Notes: generated from the letters alone by a model not told the origin. A DNA stretch of 64,000 nt from Thermoproteota archaeon (GCA_029258885.1 JAPDJW010000001.1:128001-192000), one strand, 5' to 3'. Positions 31,578 through 43,184 are shown, numbered from the stretch's first letter. Program-made: numbers and translations.

Positions 31578-32396
31578 TTGTCGGAAATTAAACCGGAATT
31601 TAAGCTACTTAGCCTAGAAAATAATAGGATAAGGTTCATTATAAGTGGAATAAATCCCACAATTGCAAATGCAATTAGAAGGACTATTCTTGCCGAAGTT
31701 CCTGTTATGGCGATAGATGAGGTCATAATATTTGAGAACTCATCTGTTCTTCCAGATGAAATTCTGGCGCATAGGCTGGGTTTAATTCCGCTTAAAACGG
31801 ATCCTTCACTTTATGAGCTTTATGAAGAAGGAAGCGGATTATTATCGAAAGGTGACGTTATTTTAAGGCTTGAGGTGGAGGCTGTAGATGGACCCATGAC
31901 CGTATATTCAGGACATATAAAGCCAGTCACCGATCCCTCAGTTGTTCCTGTATATGATAATATTCCAATAGTTAAGCTTGAGAAGGGACAGAAGATTTCG
32001 GCCGAGTTAATAGCCAGGTTAGGTAGGGGGAAGGATCATGCCAAATGGCAGCCTGTAGCCGCCATTGCCTACAAGTACTATCCTCAAATTATAATTCATG
32101 AGGATAAGTGCACGTTATGTGAAAGGTGTATCGAGGTCTGTCCGAAAAAAGTGCTTAAAATAAGCAATGGAAAGCTAACTGTGGAAAATCTGCTTGAATG
32201 TAGTATGTGCAGGGCGTGTGAAAGAGCCTGTGAATATGGCGCTATTGAAGTATCCTGGGATGATACAACATTTATTTTCTCGTTTGAAACGACTGGTGCC
32301 TTACCTCCGAAGGCTATTTTAGTTAAAGCATTAGAAATCTTAATTAATAAGGCGAGGAAGTTTATGGAGGAAGTGGAGTATAGGGTGAAAGAATGA
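31578..32396 (+). CDS. rpoD: RNA polymerase subunit Rpo3 (D) with ferredoxin-like domain
   Basis: [31 protein letters not shown]; [12 protein letters not shown] and [11 protein letters not shown]. Confidence 0.97.
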   Translation: MSEIKPEFKLLSLENNRIRFIISGINPTIANAIRRTILAEVPVMAIDEVIIFENSSVLPDEILAHRLGLIPLKTDPSLYELYEEGSGLLSKGDVILRLEVEAVDGPMTVYSGHIKPVTDPSVVPVYDNIPIVKLEKGQKISAELIARLGRGKDHAKWQPVAAIAYKYYPQIIIHEDKCTLCERCIEVCPKKVLKISNGKLTVENLLECSMCRACERACEYGAIEVSWDDTTFIFSFETTGALPPKAILVKALEILINKARKFMEEVEYRVKE

Positions 32397-32755
32397 AGAG
32401 AACCGGGCCGACAGACGTAAACTTAAGATTACTGGCGGCATACTTACGAAAGGCATCTAGAATTCATGGAGCTAAAATATGGAGGGTTGTTTCCGAGAAA
32501 CTCCTGGCGCCGACTAGGAAGCGCATTGAAGTTAATATAAGCAGAATAAACAGGTACACTAAAGATGGAGACTATGTAGTGATTCCGGGCAAGGTTCTCG
32601 GATCAGGTATTCTAGATCACAAGGTTTATGTTGCCGCTTGGAAGTTCTCAGAGAAGGCTAAAGAGAAAATAGAAAAAGCTGGAGGAAAATGTCTCAGAAT
32701 AGATGAGCTTGTAGAGATAAATCCTAAAGGTAGTAATGTAAAAATTTTATATTAG
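32393..32755 (+). CDS. rpl18e: 50S ribosomal protein L18e
   Basis: [27 protein letters not shown]. Confidence 0.97.
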   Translation: MKRTGPTDVNLRLLAAYLRKASRIHGAKIWRVVSEKLLAPTRKRIEVNISRINRYTKDGDYVVIPGKVLGSGILDHKVYVAAWKFSEKAKEKIEKAGGKCLRIDELVEINPKGSNVKILY

Positions 32756-32767
32756 AGGTTGAGGGGG

Positions 32768-33217
32768 ATGTCGTCTAATAAGGTGTATGTGATAAATGCT
32801 GAGGGATGTATTTTAGGTAGATTGGCTTCATATATAGCAAAGAGGTTGCTTTCAGGCGATAAAATAGTAGTTGTGAATGCTGAGAAAGCCATAGTCACTG
32901 GAAGGAAACGTGAGATAATAGAAAGGTATAAACGTAGATTAAGATGGAGAACATACTATAACCCAGAGAAGAGAGGACCTAAGATTCCTAAGCGGCCGGA
33001 TAGAGTGTTCAAGAGAACGGTTAGGGGAATGTTACCCTATAAGAAGGAGAAGGGGAGAATAGCTCTTAAAAACCTTAAAGTGTATATAGGGGTACCTGAG
33101 GAGTACGCCAACGTCGAGTATCTAGAGGTGCCCGAGGCGAAGAAGGATTTTTTAAAGACGGAATATTTAACGTTAGAGGAAATAGCGTATGAAATGGGGT
33201 GGCGCAGGAATGCCTAA
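32768..33217 (+). CDS. rpl13: 50S ribosomal protein L13
   Basis: ILGRLASYIAK, VVVNAEKA, KRTVRGMLPYK. Confidence 0.97.
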   Translation: MSSNKVYVINAEGCILGRLASYIAKRLLSGDKIVVVNAEKAIVTGRKREIIERYKRRLRWRTYYNPEKRGPKIPKRPDRVFKRTVRGMLPYKKEKGRIALKNLKVYIGVPEEYANVEYLEVPEAKKDFLKTEYLTLEEIAYEMGWRRNA

Positions 33218-33614
33218 AATAGTACTTACATCTACTAGAAGGAAGATGGCTAGGGCTAGAGTTATAATTAGAGAGGGTAAGGGAAGGGTTAGGATAAATG
33301 GCATACCATTAGAGATATATCAGCCAGAGCTTGCCAGATGGAAGATTATGGAGCCTCTACTCTTAGCTGGAGAGAAGATAGTTAATAAGATAGATATTGA
33401 AGCTAGCGCTAGGGGAGGAGGAGTTATGGGGCAAGCGTCCGCCATAAGGACAGCTATCGCTCGAGGCTTAGTCTTATGGACAAAATCCGAGGAACTAAGA
33501 CAATTATTTCTAAAGTATGATAGGCATCTTCTAGTGGAGGATCCGAGACAGACAGAGCCTAAGAAGCCTAGAGGAAGATCTGCAAGAGCAAAAAGACAGA
33601 AAAGCTATCGATAA
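33210..33614 (+). CDS. rps9: 30S ribosomal protein S9
   Basis: [34 protein letters not shown]. Confidence 0.97.
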   Translation: MPKIVLTSTRRKMARARVIIREGKGRVRINGIPLEIYQPELARWKIMEPLLLAGEKIVNKIDIEASARGGGVMGQASAIRTAIARGLVLWTKSEELRQLFLKYDRHLLVEDPRQTEPKKPRGRSARAKRQKSYR

Positions 33615-33832
33615 GTCTCTTCTCCGGCTTTCGCTCTTATTCTTTCATACTCCAGTATTCCGTCTATTAGTTCTACGTGAGATAAAAACATCCTTCTGCA
33701 ACAGTATCTCTTCACGCCCAAGTCGTCGAGAACCTTTCCAGCGTTTTCTCCTTTCTTAACACGTCGAATATACTCTTCCCATAGATGTCCTATTACTGCA
33801 CCACAGGTAAAGCATCTTACAGGAAATATCAT
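33605..33832 (-). CDS. rpoN: RNA polymerase subunit Rpo10 (N), inverted
   Basis: [22 protein letters not shown]. Confidence 0.97.
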   Translation of the reverse strand: MIFPVRCFTCGAVIGHLWEEYIRRVKKGENAGKVLDDLGVKRYCCRRMFLSHVELIDGILEYERIRAKAGEETYR

Positions 33833-33889
33833 TTATAACACCAATATTCTTCTTAGCTAAGTACCTAAATATTTATTTATCGTTTTCTA

Positions 33890-34972
33890 TTGGTGTCAAT
33901 AATGTATAAAAAGGTGGGTTCAGCTAACATAGTTTATGGTGAGCTTCCGCAGGGATGTAAGCTTTGTCTAAGAGGAGCTAAGGCCGTACTGTTTGTAACA
34001 GGCCTTTGTCCAAGAAGATGTTTTTACTGTCCATTAGGATTTGATAGAAGATTTAGGGATATTCAGTTCATAAATGAACGTCCCATAGCAAAAGAAGACG
34101 ACATAATTGAGGAGATGATGATGATGGATGCTCGAGGTACTGGGATAACGGGAGGAGAACCTTTACTAGTACTTGAAAGGACGATAAAGTATATCAGGCT
34201 AATTAAGAACACATTTGGTGAAGAGCATCATATTCACATGTATACCTCTGAAACGCGTGGATCTGTTAATCGAATAATTAGACTCTTCGAGGAAGGATTA
34301 GATGAATTGAGAATGCATCCATACATACTGGGGGAAATAAACTTTGAGTTTATAGAGGAGGTCGCAAAAAATAAGCCGGAAACGGCTAGAGTTGGAATTG
34401 AAATACCAGCATTACCAGGGGAGGAAAGTAGAATTAAAAAGCTAATATTGAAATTAGATAAAATCGGCATCGACTTTATCAATTTAAACGAGCTCGAATT
34501 TACCGAGACAAATTCTTACAGTCTAATGGCTAGAGGATACAGTTTAAGAAGCGACTCGTATACTGCAGCTGAAGGAAGTAGAGAAACGGCATTAAATGTT
34601 TTGAAGTGGGCATCCTGTAAAAACATCAATATGACTATACACTTTTGCTCGGCATTATCAAAGGATAAGGTGCAGACTAAACTCAGGTATTTTAGAAGAG
34701 GTATAAATATGGTTAAGCCATACGAGAAATTAACGGATGAAGGAACTATATTATATCTATCAGTAAAGTTTAAAACCCATAGGGATGCCGAAGCTTTTAT
34801 AAGACAACTCAAGCTTCCTAGAAGTTTATTTAAAGTAGAAAATAAAAGAGTCTATACAAGCATAGACCTAATAGATGAAGTAAAAAAAGCGAAGAATATC
34901 GTCAAGGCTGAGGTAATAGAATTATCGGCAACATACCATAGACAGGTGATGGGAATTACGCCTTTGCTTTAA
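33890..34972 (+). CDS. Radical SAM protein, conserved archaeal family, function unknown
   Basis: CPRRCFYC motif, ITGGEPL, LDELRMHP, LNELE. Confidence 0.9.
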   Translation: MVSIMYKKVGSANIVYGELPQGCKLCLRGAKAVLFVTGLCPRRCFYCPLGFDRRFRDIQFINERPIAKEDDIIEEMMMMDARGTGITGGEPLLVLERTIKYIRLIKNTFGEEHHIHMYTSETRGSVNRIIRLFEEGLDELRMHPYILGEINFEFIEEVAKNKPETARVGIEIPALPGEESRIKKLILKLDKIGIDFINLNELEFTETNSYSLMARGYSLRSDSYTAAEGSRETALNVLKWASCKNINMTIHFCSALSKDKVQTKLRYFRRGINMVKPYEKLTDEGTILYLSVKFKTHRDAEAFIRQLKLPRSLFKVENKRVYTSIDLIDEVKKAKNIVKAEVIELSATYHRQVMGITPLL

Positions 34973-34974
34973 GG

Positions 34975-36054
34975 TTATTGTTCTTCTATGCCTAACTTTT
35001 GTCTGACTTGTGCCAGATACTTCTTTAAATCTGATATTAGATGCACTGGAGTTGGGTCAATACTTCTATAAATAGCTAAATAGTAGGAGATGAGGTCAGT
35101 TAAATAGATCATCTCAAATATTTCGCTAAGCCTTTTCCCAGATTTAACGCTGATTTCTATAAAGTCGATATTCTCCTTTTCGAGGATCCTCTTAAGATAA
35201 TCTATCCTTGCTCTTACATCTAAATCTTCCTCACTTCCTCTCAAAATAGCCACTAGTACTTTTTCCTTCTCTATCTGTATGGCCTCGAAAAGCATTATGT
35301 CGTTGTGATTCATTTCAGGAATATGATCAAATTTAGCCAGCATCTTACTATTTTCATTTAATTGATCCTTAAATCGCACTGCTACTGAGCAGTAAGGCCT
35401 ATACGAATAAATTAGAGGAATTTTTCTCAAGATTTTCTTAGCATACGCCTTCGCTAAGTTTTTGTTCTCCCGAACTTCCCTCCTAATATTTTCCCTCATT
35501 TTAATCAGTTGATTATACGTGTACTTTATGTCTTCATCCATATCTATACGACTTAGCGTACTTAATGTAACGATCAACGGCATGGTAAGATATGATATAG
35601 CGCATCGAGGAGGGTATCCTGTAGGAATTTTAATGACAGGATAATTTTTTCTATTAAGCATACGCTCTAACTCTCCGTTCGATGTAACGCCAATTATGAA
35701 GTTATTCCTAGCCTGTATTACACGCTTTGTAGCACGTAATGTTTCATAGGTATTTCCCGAATAGCTTATCGAAAAGACCAATGAATTTTCCAATGCACAT
35801 AGTGGCAATTTAAAATCCTTAACCGATAAGATTGGGACATTAATTTTATCATAAAATAAATCTACAGCTATCTCTCCAGCTATACCTGATCCTCCCATCC
35901 CTAAAACCACAACTTTATCAAATTCATGCTCAATTAATATCGTCTTTAAAGTTGGGAGCAGTGTTTCCTTGGATAAATTGTATGCTTTCATGAAATCATC
36001 CGGAAATTTGAACAATAGGGAATACATGTTTTCTTTATCTATTTCTTCGTACAT
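34975..36054 (-). CDS. Bifunctional phosphoglucose/phosphomannose isomerase
   Basis: GMGGSG, SYSGNTYET, PPRCA, NENSK, PEMNHN. Confidence 0.92.
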   Translation of the reverse strand: MYEEIDKENMYSLLFKFPDDFMKAYNLSKETLLPTLKTILIEHEFDKVVVLGMGGSGIAGEIAVDLFYDKINVPILSVKDFKLPLCALENSLVFSISYSGNTYETLRATKRVIQARNNFIIGVTSNGELERMLNRKNYPVIKIPTGYPPRCAISYLTMPLIVTLSTLSRIDMDEDIKYTYNQLIKMRENIRREVRENKNLAKAYAKKILRKIPLIYSYRPYCSVAVRFKDQLNENSKMLAKFDHIPEMNHNDIMLFEAIQIEKEKVLVAILRGSEEDLDVRARIDYLKRILEKENIDFIEISVKSGKRLSEIFEMIYLTDLISYYLAIYRSIDPTPVHLISDLKKYLAQVRQKLGIEEQ

Positions 36055-36066
36055 TGTCCTACACCT

Positions 36067-36837
36067 TCATCTTACGGGTAGTCCTTTGGAGAGAGTAATC
36101 GTTTTAAATCTTTGGGCATCATCTGCCATATAAATATTGTTGAAAAGAACGTATATGTCCCTACAATTGGGGATGTATCTCTTACATATATTTGCCAGCG
36201 TATGTAGGTCGTTTTCAGTATACTTATACCTATAATTAACCTCCCTTGGACCTATACCATGAAGTCTAAAGTAACATACGTCATGATAATATACGGTTTC
36301 ATGTTTAAATGGATCAACTACATGTATCAAGTCTAGTCTCCTACATATATCCTTAATGAGGTTGGGGTCTTTATGCCAGTCGCCCCTCGGCTCCCAGCCT
36401 ATCACTATATTCCCTCGATTTATGGTAGTTAAGAATTTCTCCATATTTAACACATTTTCCTCAGTGGCTCTAAATGACGGTGGAGTCTGAATTATACATA
36501 TCCTTGCATCTAAGGCTTTACATATCTCTAGGGTCTTCTCCCATGCCTCAATATTTTCATCCGTCGGTCTTAAGAAGCCATATTTATCACGCTTTTTCGG
36601 CTCAATTTTCAATCCAGCCTTCCTCCAGGTCGGAGATGAAGGTGGATGAGTTATTACTTGCCAGGCTTTTAGAGTAAATTCGAAGTCTTCAGGAGCTTGA
36701 TCACGCATTTTAATGGCAGTCTCTTTTCTAGGTAGCTTGTAAAACGTATTCTGGAGCTCTATAAGCTTAAATACTTCAAAGTATTTCTTTCTTCCACCTC
36801 TCACAGACCATCCACAAGTGCCAACCTTAATCATCAA
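36067..36837 (-). CDS. DUF72 family protein
   Basis: VGTCGW, ELQNTFY, QTPPSF, WEPRG, YFRLHG, FNN. Confidence 0.92.
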   Translation of the reverse strand: MMIKVGTCGWSVRGGRKKYFEVFKLIELQNTFYKLPRKETAIKMRDQAPEDFEFTLKAWQVITHPPSSPTWRKAGLKIEPKKRDKYGFLRPTDENIEAWEKTLEICKALDARICIIQTPPSFRATEENVLNMEKFLTTINRGNIVIGWEPRGDWHKDPNLIKDICRRLDLIHVVDPFKHETVYYHDVCYFRLHGIGPREVNYRYKYTENDLHTLANICKRYIPNCRDIYVLFNNIYMADDAQRFKTITLSKGLPVR

Positions 36838-36977
36838 AATCTAAATTCCGCAAGCAAATTTAAAGCTAATCTTCAACATGTTTTTATCGACAATCATCGA
36901 ATGAAGAATAATATTTTGACGTTTTTTGCATAGAAAATGTTTTTATAGTTCTAAAAACACTACTAAAACGTGGTAAC

Positions 36978-37292
36978 ATGCCCTTATCAGATGGAGAAAG
37001 GGCTTTACTCCTAAAACATGCATATTATGTAGCTAAGAACATTGTAAAAAGAACAAAATCTAAGAAAATATCCATTAAGCTAAGGACATTACTGAGATAT
37101 GCCTATGTATCGTATGTGAGAAATACTTTCGACATTAGTACGATTAGAGGGCTTGTTCCTAGAATTAGACCGCCCTCCAGGTTCACAAGCCAATACGTGT
37201 ATAGGGATATTGAAGATATGTTAAGGAGGAATTTTAAAGTAATGGTAGAAAGGAGGAGGCAACATACGTACGTCATCTTTTATAAAGAATAA
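36978..37292 (+). CDS. Small basic hypothetical protein
   Basis: 104-aa Arg/Lys-rich ORF with upstream TTTATA box and GGTAAC-ATG; no family recognised. Confidence 0.7.
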   Translation: MPLSDGERALLLKHAYYVAKNIVKRTKSKKISIKLRTLLRYAYVSYVRNTFDISTIRGLVPRIRPPSRFTSQYVYRDIEDMLRRNFKVMVERRRQHTYVIFYKE

Positions 37293-37294
37293 CT

Positions 37295-37765
37295 TTACTT
37301 CTGCTTTTTTACACCTCTTCTAACCTTTACCGCTATACCTCTTTTAAAGCTCAGCATTTCTTGTGCTGCCAATACAGCTCTTCCAATAGCTAAAAGTCTA
37401 TCCTCTTCATCCACCACCAGTACTTCCTCGCCAGCACGTATTTCTGGATCGACATTCACCACGTGTTTAGCAAATACATTTCTACCCTCCGCAATTATAT
37501 CAGCCACATCCTTCCTTACAATAACTCTTCTACAAGGAAATGGTAGAAGCTTATGGAGAATTTTAGCTCCTTCTATGTTCAATACTATAAAACCATCGCT
37601 AGCTCTAACGCTTGCTATTAGCTTATCGTTTAGATATATGTAGCGTATCCTACCAGTATTCTTAGACTTTATGTACGTCACCCTACCCTGTTTCAAAAGC
37701 TTATCCCCTAAATTTCCTCCATACTGGTAGTTTAGCGTGCATCTAATTCTTTCCAGCTCCTCCAT
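37295..37765 (-). CDS. PUA-domain RNA-binding protein (archaeosine TGT C-terminal-like)
   Basis: YQYG..SKNTGRIRYI, GRNVFAKHV..DPEIRAGEEVLVV..LLAIGRA. Confidence 0.9.
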   Translation of the reverse strand: MEELERIRCTLNYQYGGNLGDKLLKQGRVTYIKSKNTGRIRYIYLNDKLIASVRASDGFIVLNIEGAKILHKLLPFPCRRVIVRKDVADIIAEGRNVFAKHVVNVDPEIRAGEEVLVVDEEDRLLAIGRAVLAAQEMLSFKRGIAVKVRRGVKKQK

Positions 37766-37848
37766 GCTCCATCACTAATGTCCTCCTCGTTAGTCTAAGA
37801 GAACAAAAATAAAAGAGAATATCAGCTAATAAAGATTAGTGATAATAT

Positions 37849-38331
37849 ATGCTATGTGAACTTTGTGGAAGGGAAATTAGGGGGAAAGTTTATAGGGCAC
37901 GATTTAACTCCAGTATCCTCATAATATGTAGCTACTGTGCTAGCAAACATCGCAACAGTGTTATAGGGGAGTATGTGACTAATGTTCCTAGATACACGGT
38001 CAAGCCGAAGAGGTCGAAATTTTTCCTCGACAAAAGTGAAATGTACGAGATCGTTGAGGACTGCGGTGAGAGAGTACGGGAGGCAAGGGAATCTCTCGGA
38101 CTAACGAGGGAGCTATTGGCTCAAATGGTGGGCGAAAAAGTATCTACAATTAGAAGAATAGAGGAGGGATCCCTAGTTCCCGACTTAAATCTAGCAAGAA
38201 AGCTAGAGAAAGCGCTTAAAATAGTTTTAGTAGAAGAATCTACCTCTTACATTCCGAGCGAATATAAATTTAGCACAAATAGGGATTTAACTCTAGGTGA
38301 TATTGTAGAGTTTAAAAGGAAAAAGAAATAA
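37849..38331 (+). CDS. Multiprotein bridging factor aMBF1
   Basis: CELCG..C..C Zn ribbon plus HTH (REARESLGLTREL..IEEG..P). Confidence 0.92.
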   Translation: MLCELCGREIRGKVYRARFNSSILIICSYCASKHRNSVIGEYVTNVPRYTVKPKRSKFFLDKSEMYEIVEDCGERVREARESLGLTRELLAQMVGEKVSTIRRIEEGSLVPDLNLARKLEKALKIVLVEESTSYIPSEYKFSTNRDLTLGDIVEFKRKKK

Positions 38332-38355
38332 GTCGATGTAGGGTGTAGATAGTAA

Positions 38356-39654
38356 ATGCGAGTGTTACTGGTACAGAGGCGTCTTAGGGACGAAAGATCG
38401 TATTTAGATGAGCTTAGGGAGCTAGCTAGAGTAGCCGGTTATGATCCGGTACTGGAAATTGAGCAAATAAGAAAACCGGATGCAAAGTATCATATTGGCT
38501 CCGGTAAAGTACGTGAAATAGCTAGAATAATAAAGGATCTAAATATTGAGAAGGTGATTTTTTACAATGAATTAAAGCCGTCACAGGTACATAATCTTAT
38601 GAAGGCATGGAAGGTTGAGGTAATAGATAGATTTCAGCTTATATTGGAAATTTTCAGCAAGCGAGCGGGTACCAAGGAGGCAAAGCTACAAATAGAGCTA
38701 GCGAAGTTGAGGAGAGATCTATCCTTCATACGGGAACAGATAAGTTTAATGAAACGAGGAGAATATCCTGGTTTTCTATCTGGAGGAGGCTACAAGGTTG
38801 ATGCTTTCTACGACTATGTTAACAGGAGGATAGCAAAAATAGAAAAGGAGCTTAGAGAAATTAGAAGGAAAAAGCATATTTTAAGGAAAAAACGGACGTC
38901 ATGCGGATTTCCAACGGCAGTTTTAACTGGATATACGGGAGCTGGTAAAACGACGATTTTCAATCGTATGACTGGATATGAAGGATATATTGATGGGAGG
39001 CCTTTTGCTACCTTGTCAACTAAGATAAAGAGGATAAATATCTTAGGTAGGAAAATACTTCTTGCCGATACTATCGGATTTATAGAGAACCTGCCATCTC
39101 TTTTAGTCGAAGCCTTCTACACCACTCTTGAGGAAATAGTTTATGCTGACCTAGTAATTCTAGTAATGGATGCAAGCGTAAAGAAGGCGGAGTTTGAAAG
39201 GAAGTTTAACGCAAGCGTAAATATCCTTGAAAATCTAGGAGTTTCACTAGGTGATGTACTATACGTATTGAATAAGATAGATCTAGTGGATAGCGATAAA
39301 TTAGCTCTCCTTCAGGATATCATTAGGGATAGAATCGGTAAGGTTGAAACAGTAGCCATCTCTGCTTTAAAAGGTATTGGATTTGCGGCATTTGAGAGAA
39401 AAATTCTATCGATGTTAAGAAACTACCTGAGAGTTACTTTAAAACTTCCAGCGGATAATGATGGTATTGATTTCTTATTCAAAAGAATATATCCTTTAGC
39501 ATATGTTGATTTCCTAGGCTTTAATGAGGGTACTGTTAATTTAATTATCGAAGGAACTAGGGATTCAATCCGTAGAATCTTGTGCGAGATAGAGAATAGA
39601 GGGGGAGTAGTTGAAGCTATATCCAGAGGTTGTGGTATTGAGGCTAGGGCATAG
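38356..39654 (+). CDS. hflX: GTPase HflX
   Basis: [39 protein letters not shown]. Confidence 0.95.
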   Translation: MRVLLVQRRLRDERSYLDELRELARVAGYDPVLEIEQIRKPDAKYHIGSGKVREIARIIKDLNIEKVIFYNELKPSQVHNLMKAWKVEVIDRFQLILEIFSKRAGTKEAKLQIELAKLRRDLSFIREQISLMKRGEYPGFLSGGGYKVDAFYDYVNRRIAKIEKELREIRRKKHILRKKRTSCGFPTAVLTGYTGAGKTTIFNRMTGYEGYIDGRPFATLSTKIKRINILGRKILLADTIGFIENLPSLLVEAFYTTLEEIVYADLVILVMDASVKKAEFERKFNASVNILENLGVSLGDVLYVLNKIDLVDSDKLALLQDIIRDRIGKVETVAISALKGIGFAAFERKILSMLRNYLRVTLKLPADNDGIDFLFKRIYPLAYVDFLGFNEGTVNLIIEGTRDSIRRILCEIENRGGVVEAISRGCGIEARA

Positions 39655-40165
39655 GGTAGGAAGAGATAAAAGGATAAGCACGCATGTGGGGCTTGTAGCT
39701 AGAGCCTTCGGAGCGAGAGCAATAATCTATTTTGGAGAAATAGAGCGGAGTGTAGTCGAGTCCATAAGGAACGTCGTATCCAACTGGGGAGGAAGATTTG
39801 AGGTCTACGTTGAAACGAACTGGAGAAAGAAAATTTTAGAATTAAAAAATAATGGATGGAGAATAGTTCATTTAACGATGTATGGGATAAATATTGCGGA
39901 AAGAGGGCTAATAGAGGAATTGAGAGGCTGTGAAAAATTAGCTGTAGTTGTGGGAGCAGAGAAAGTTCCTGCAGAGTTATATAGTATTGCAGACTATAAT
40001 GTTGCCATTGGAAACCAGCCACATAGCGAAGTTGCCGCTTTAGCTGTCTTTTTAGATAGGTTATATGGAGGAAAAGAACTTTGTATCAGTTTTCCTAATT
40101 ATAAATTGAAGATAATCCCCAGCGCTAGGGGAAAAATGGTTGTGAGGCATAACGATGAAGAATGA
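39611..40165 (+). CDS. trm56: tRNA (cytidine56-2'-O)-methyltransferase
   Basis: [39 protein letters not shown]. Confidence 0.95.
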   Translation: MKLYPEVVVLRLGHRVGRDKRISTHVGLVARAFGARAIIYFGEIERSVVESIRNVVSNWGGRFEVYVETNWRKKILELKNNGWRIVHLTMYGINIAERGLIEELRGCEKLAVVVGAEKVPAELYSIADYNVAIGNQPHSEVAALAVFLDRLYGGKELCISFPNYKLKIIPSARGKMVVRHNDEE

Positions 40166-40652
40166 ACAATTACTACTTATAATGGCTGAGAGAATACTGG
40201 GGGAAAAAGCTGCAAATATAGTTACTTTACTTTTAGAGAATGATGAATTGACAGATGAAGCAATATCGAGGGCTATTAAGCTTGATATAAACGAGACCAG
40301 AAGACTACTTCACAGGCTATTCGACCTAAATATCGTAAAGTATAGAAGGATAAGGGACGAGAAAATAGGATGGTACACTTACTTATGGAGGATAACTGAC
40401 AGTTCCCCTGAAGCTATAATAGCGCTGAGAAAGAAGAGAGTTTTAGAAAAACTCAAAAGAAGGCTTGAATATGAGCTAGATGGACCCTACTACTATTGTG
40501 GAAAATGTAATACACGTTACACATTTGGAGATGCGTCAAGCTATATGTTTATGTGTCCAAAATGTGATGAAGTACTAAGTCCCTACGATAACTCGAAGCT
40601 CGTAGAAAAGCTTGAAAAAATCATAAGGCAACTTGAGGAAACTCCCCCATAG
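40155..40652 (+). CDS. tfe: Transcription factor E alpha
   Basis: TDEAIS, RRLLHRL, GWYTYLW, Zn ribbon CGKC...CPKC. Confidence 0.93.
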   Translation: MKNEQLLLIMAERILGEKAANIVTLLLENDELTDEAISRAIKLDINETRRLLHRLFDLNIVKYRRIRDEKIGWYTYLWRITDSSPEAIIALRKKRVLEKLKRRLEYELDGPYYYCGKCNTRYTFGDASSYMFMCPKCDEVLSPYDNSKLVEKLEKIIRQLEETPP

Positions 40653-41157
40653 AACAGTTAATGATAAGCAGTAGAGATGGTAAAGAAGCTTACATAGCTA
40701 TAAATTTCAAATGTATATCCTACTAGGCTTATAGAAACTTAGTTTTGCCGGAGAGCAAAACATAGCATGAAGATAGCTCTTTCAGATGTTACTTAAAATA
40801 TTCCAGGGTGTAATGTTTAACGTTAATGGGAATGAATCATCTGATAGATGGTTAAATAAAGCATGTTTATATAGCCTGAGGAGCGAAAGTTATGCTCTCA
40901 CATCTTTTGTATTTTTTTTAAGGTGGGGCTTACTCATTAAGGGCTGCGGCGGTTTTCCAGACTTTGTGTCGGACTTGGACATAGCTCTATCCAATCCTAG
41001 TAAAAATAGTGCCAGAGGAAATAGCACTAACAGACTACTGGTGAAGCATTAGATAAGGTACCGAATAATCCAATACACAACCTTATCACGATCAAGAGCC
41101 GTTAAGCAACGATTAAATATATTAATATCATAGTGTGTGTTTTCCTTAGGTGGAAGT

Positions 41158-41244
41158 TTGGTTAATGAGGTAATTCTCAGGGTTGTTGAAGCTAAGCAAG
41201 GTGATGTTTTTCTAAATATTAACGAGAAGCGGTGGGATAAATGA
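41158..41244 (+). pseudogene. Possible 5' remnant of a CDC48/VAT AAA ATPase gene
   Basis: GGTGGA RBS, TTG, MVNEVILRVVEAKQGDV then unrelated sequence and stop overlapping the nop5 ATG. Confidence 0.45.
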
Positions 41245-42452
41245 TAGCATATTTAGTTGATAATATATTGGGAGTCTTCGCGCTTAACAGTAATGGAGAT
41301 ATCATAGATAAGGTGCTTTTCGAGGGTAGCGTTGACGAAATATCTCAAAAAATCTACATGCTTGAAAAAAGCGAAGTTATAAGTGAACTAAGGGATCTAA
41401 TCGGAAAGCTTATAGAAGGGGGCGTCAGCGAACTAGTGTTAGAGGATGAGAAACTGGCAAGGAGGATCAAGAGAGAATTTGGAGTTAATGTAAAAATCGA
41501 ATTGCCTAGCAAGCTAGCACAAAAATTCAGAAGGGAATTGCCAGAGTATCTATCTAAAGTAGGTATAGACTACGAGAATTACCTTGATAAACTATTCGAA
41601 ATTTCACAGACATTAACAAAAATGAAGGTAAGAGAAGCTGCAGAGAGAAGAGATTTATTTATCGCCCAGTCAATATCAGCAATAGATGAAATAGATAGAA
41701 CAATAAATCTCTTTGCATCAAGGCTTAGAGAATGGTATGGCCTTCACTTCCCTGAGCTCGGGGAACTAATACGAGAACATGAGCTATACGCTAAAGTTGT
41801 CGCAAATATAGGCTTAAGAGACAATATGAGGGCAGAACAACTAATCGCCTTAGGTCTAGATGAGAAAAAAGCTAGACGTATTGTTGATGTAGCTAAGAAG
41901 AGCATGGGAGCTAAAATGACGTCCTTTGACATAGAGTACATTCAGGCGTTCGCTTCCCAGCTTCTTAGACTATATGAACTAAGGAGAAAGCTTGAAGTAT
42001 ATGTAGACGAGGCCATGAAGGAAGTAGCGCCTAACATCAGAGGACTTGTGGGTCCACTTTTAGGAGCGAGGTTAATCGCATTAGCTGGCGGATTAAACAA
42101 GCTCGCAACTCTGCCTGCAAGTACAATACAAGTGTTAGGTGCTGAGAAAGCTTTATTTAGGGCATTGAGGACAGGAGGCAAACCGCCGAAGCACGGCGTA
42201 ATATTCCAGTATCCAGCAATCTTCCGAGCACCCAGATGGCAGAGAGGTAAAATAGCTAGAGCTCTTGCAGCAAAACTGGCAATAGCTGCAAGAATAGATG
42301 TTTTTTCAGGCGAGTACAAGGCGGATGTACTTAAGGATGAAATCGAAAAAAGAATAAAGGAGATTAAGGAATTATATCCGAGGCCGCCTCCGAGAAAGAC
42401 CGAGCCTGTTAGGAGGACAGGCAAGAAAAAGAAGAGGAGGAGGAAAAGATGA
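41241..42452 (+). CDS. nop5: C/D box RNP protein Nop5 (Nop56/58)
   Basis: [39 protein letters not shown]. Confidence 0.97.
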   Translation: MIAYLVDNILGVFALNSNGDIIDKVLFEGSVDEISQKIYMLEKSEVISELRDLIGKLIEGGVSELVLEDEKLARRIKREFGVNVKIELPSKLAQKFRRELPEYLSKVGIDYENYLDKLFEISQTLTKMKVREAAERRDLFIAQSISAIDEIDRTINLFASRLREWYGLHFPELGELIREHELYAKVVANIGLRDNMRAEQLIALGLDEKKARRIVDVAKKSMGAKMTSFDIEYIQAFASQLLRLYELRRKLEVYVDEAMKEVAPNIRGLVGPLLGARLIALAGGLNKLATLPASTIQVLGAEKALFRALRTGGKPPKHGVIFQYPAIFRAPRWQRGKIARALAAKLAIAARIDVFSGEYKADVLKDEIEKRIKEIKELYPRPPPRKTEPVRRTGKKKKRRRKR

Positions 42453-43144
42453 TAAAAAAGGTATATCCACATGAGAAGTTTGAGGGAGTCTTTTGGGCTG
42501 AATTCGAGGACGGAACTAGAAGACTAGCTACCATAAATCTAGCTCCAGGCAGAAGAGTATACGGCGAATTAATTTTCAAGTATGAGGGGAAGGAATATAG
42601 GATATGGGATCCCTATAGAAGCAAGCTTGCGGCAGCAATTTTAAAGGGCCTTGAAATAATGCCTATTAAGCACGGATCCAAGGTTCTCTATCTAGGCTCA
42701 GCTACAGGAACTACCCCAAGCCATGTATCTGATATTGTTGGCGAGGAAGGATTAGTTTTCTGCATAGAGTTCTCACCTAGAGTAATGAGGGAATTCATCG
42801 AGAGGTGTCTGCCGCATAGAAAGAACATGATTCCAATACTAGCTGATGCAAGATTTCCAGTATCCTATAGAATGTACTTAACAGAGGTTGATGTAGTCTA
42901 CGCGGATATAGCACAGCCGTTTCAGAGCAAGATTGTAGCTGATAACGCTGATGTATATCTAAAGTCTGGAGGCTGGGTAGTTCAGGCAATAAAGGCAATG
43001 AGTATTGATGTAACTAAAGAGCCTTCAGAAACTTATCGCCGTGAAATAGAACATCTAGAATCCAGAGGCTTTGGAATTGAAAATGTTGTACACTTAGAGC
43101 CTTACGATGTGGCACACGCTTTTTTAGTAGCTATTAAAAAATAG
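42449..43144 (+). CDS. flpA: Fibrillarin-like rRNA/tRNA 2'-O-methyltransferase
   Basis: [35 protein letters not shown]. Confidence 0.97.
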   Translation: MIKKVYPHEKFEGVFWAEFEDGTRRLATINLAPGRRVYGELIFKYEGKEYRIWDPYRSKLAAAILKGLEIMPIKHGSKVLYLGSATGTTPSHVSDIVGEEGLVFCIEFSPRVMREFIERCLPHRKNMIPILADARFPVSYRMYLTEVDVVYADIAQPFQSKIVADNADVYLKSGGWVVQAIKAMSIDVTKEPSETYRREIEHLESRGFGIENVVHLEPYDVAHAFLVAIKK

Positions 43145-43184
43145 ATGAAGGAGAAGGAATTTAAGCATCTAATCAAATATTATT

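Noticed and set aside
40786-41052. 88-aa ORF from the ORF track
   Set aside because: No RBS, atypical composition and no recognisable motif; probably a chance frame in decayed DNA.
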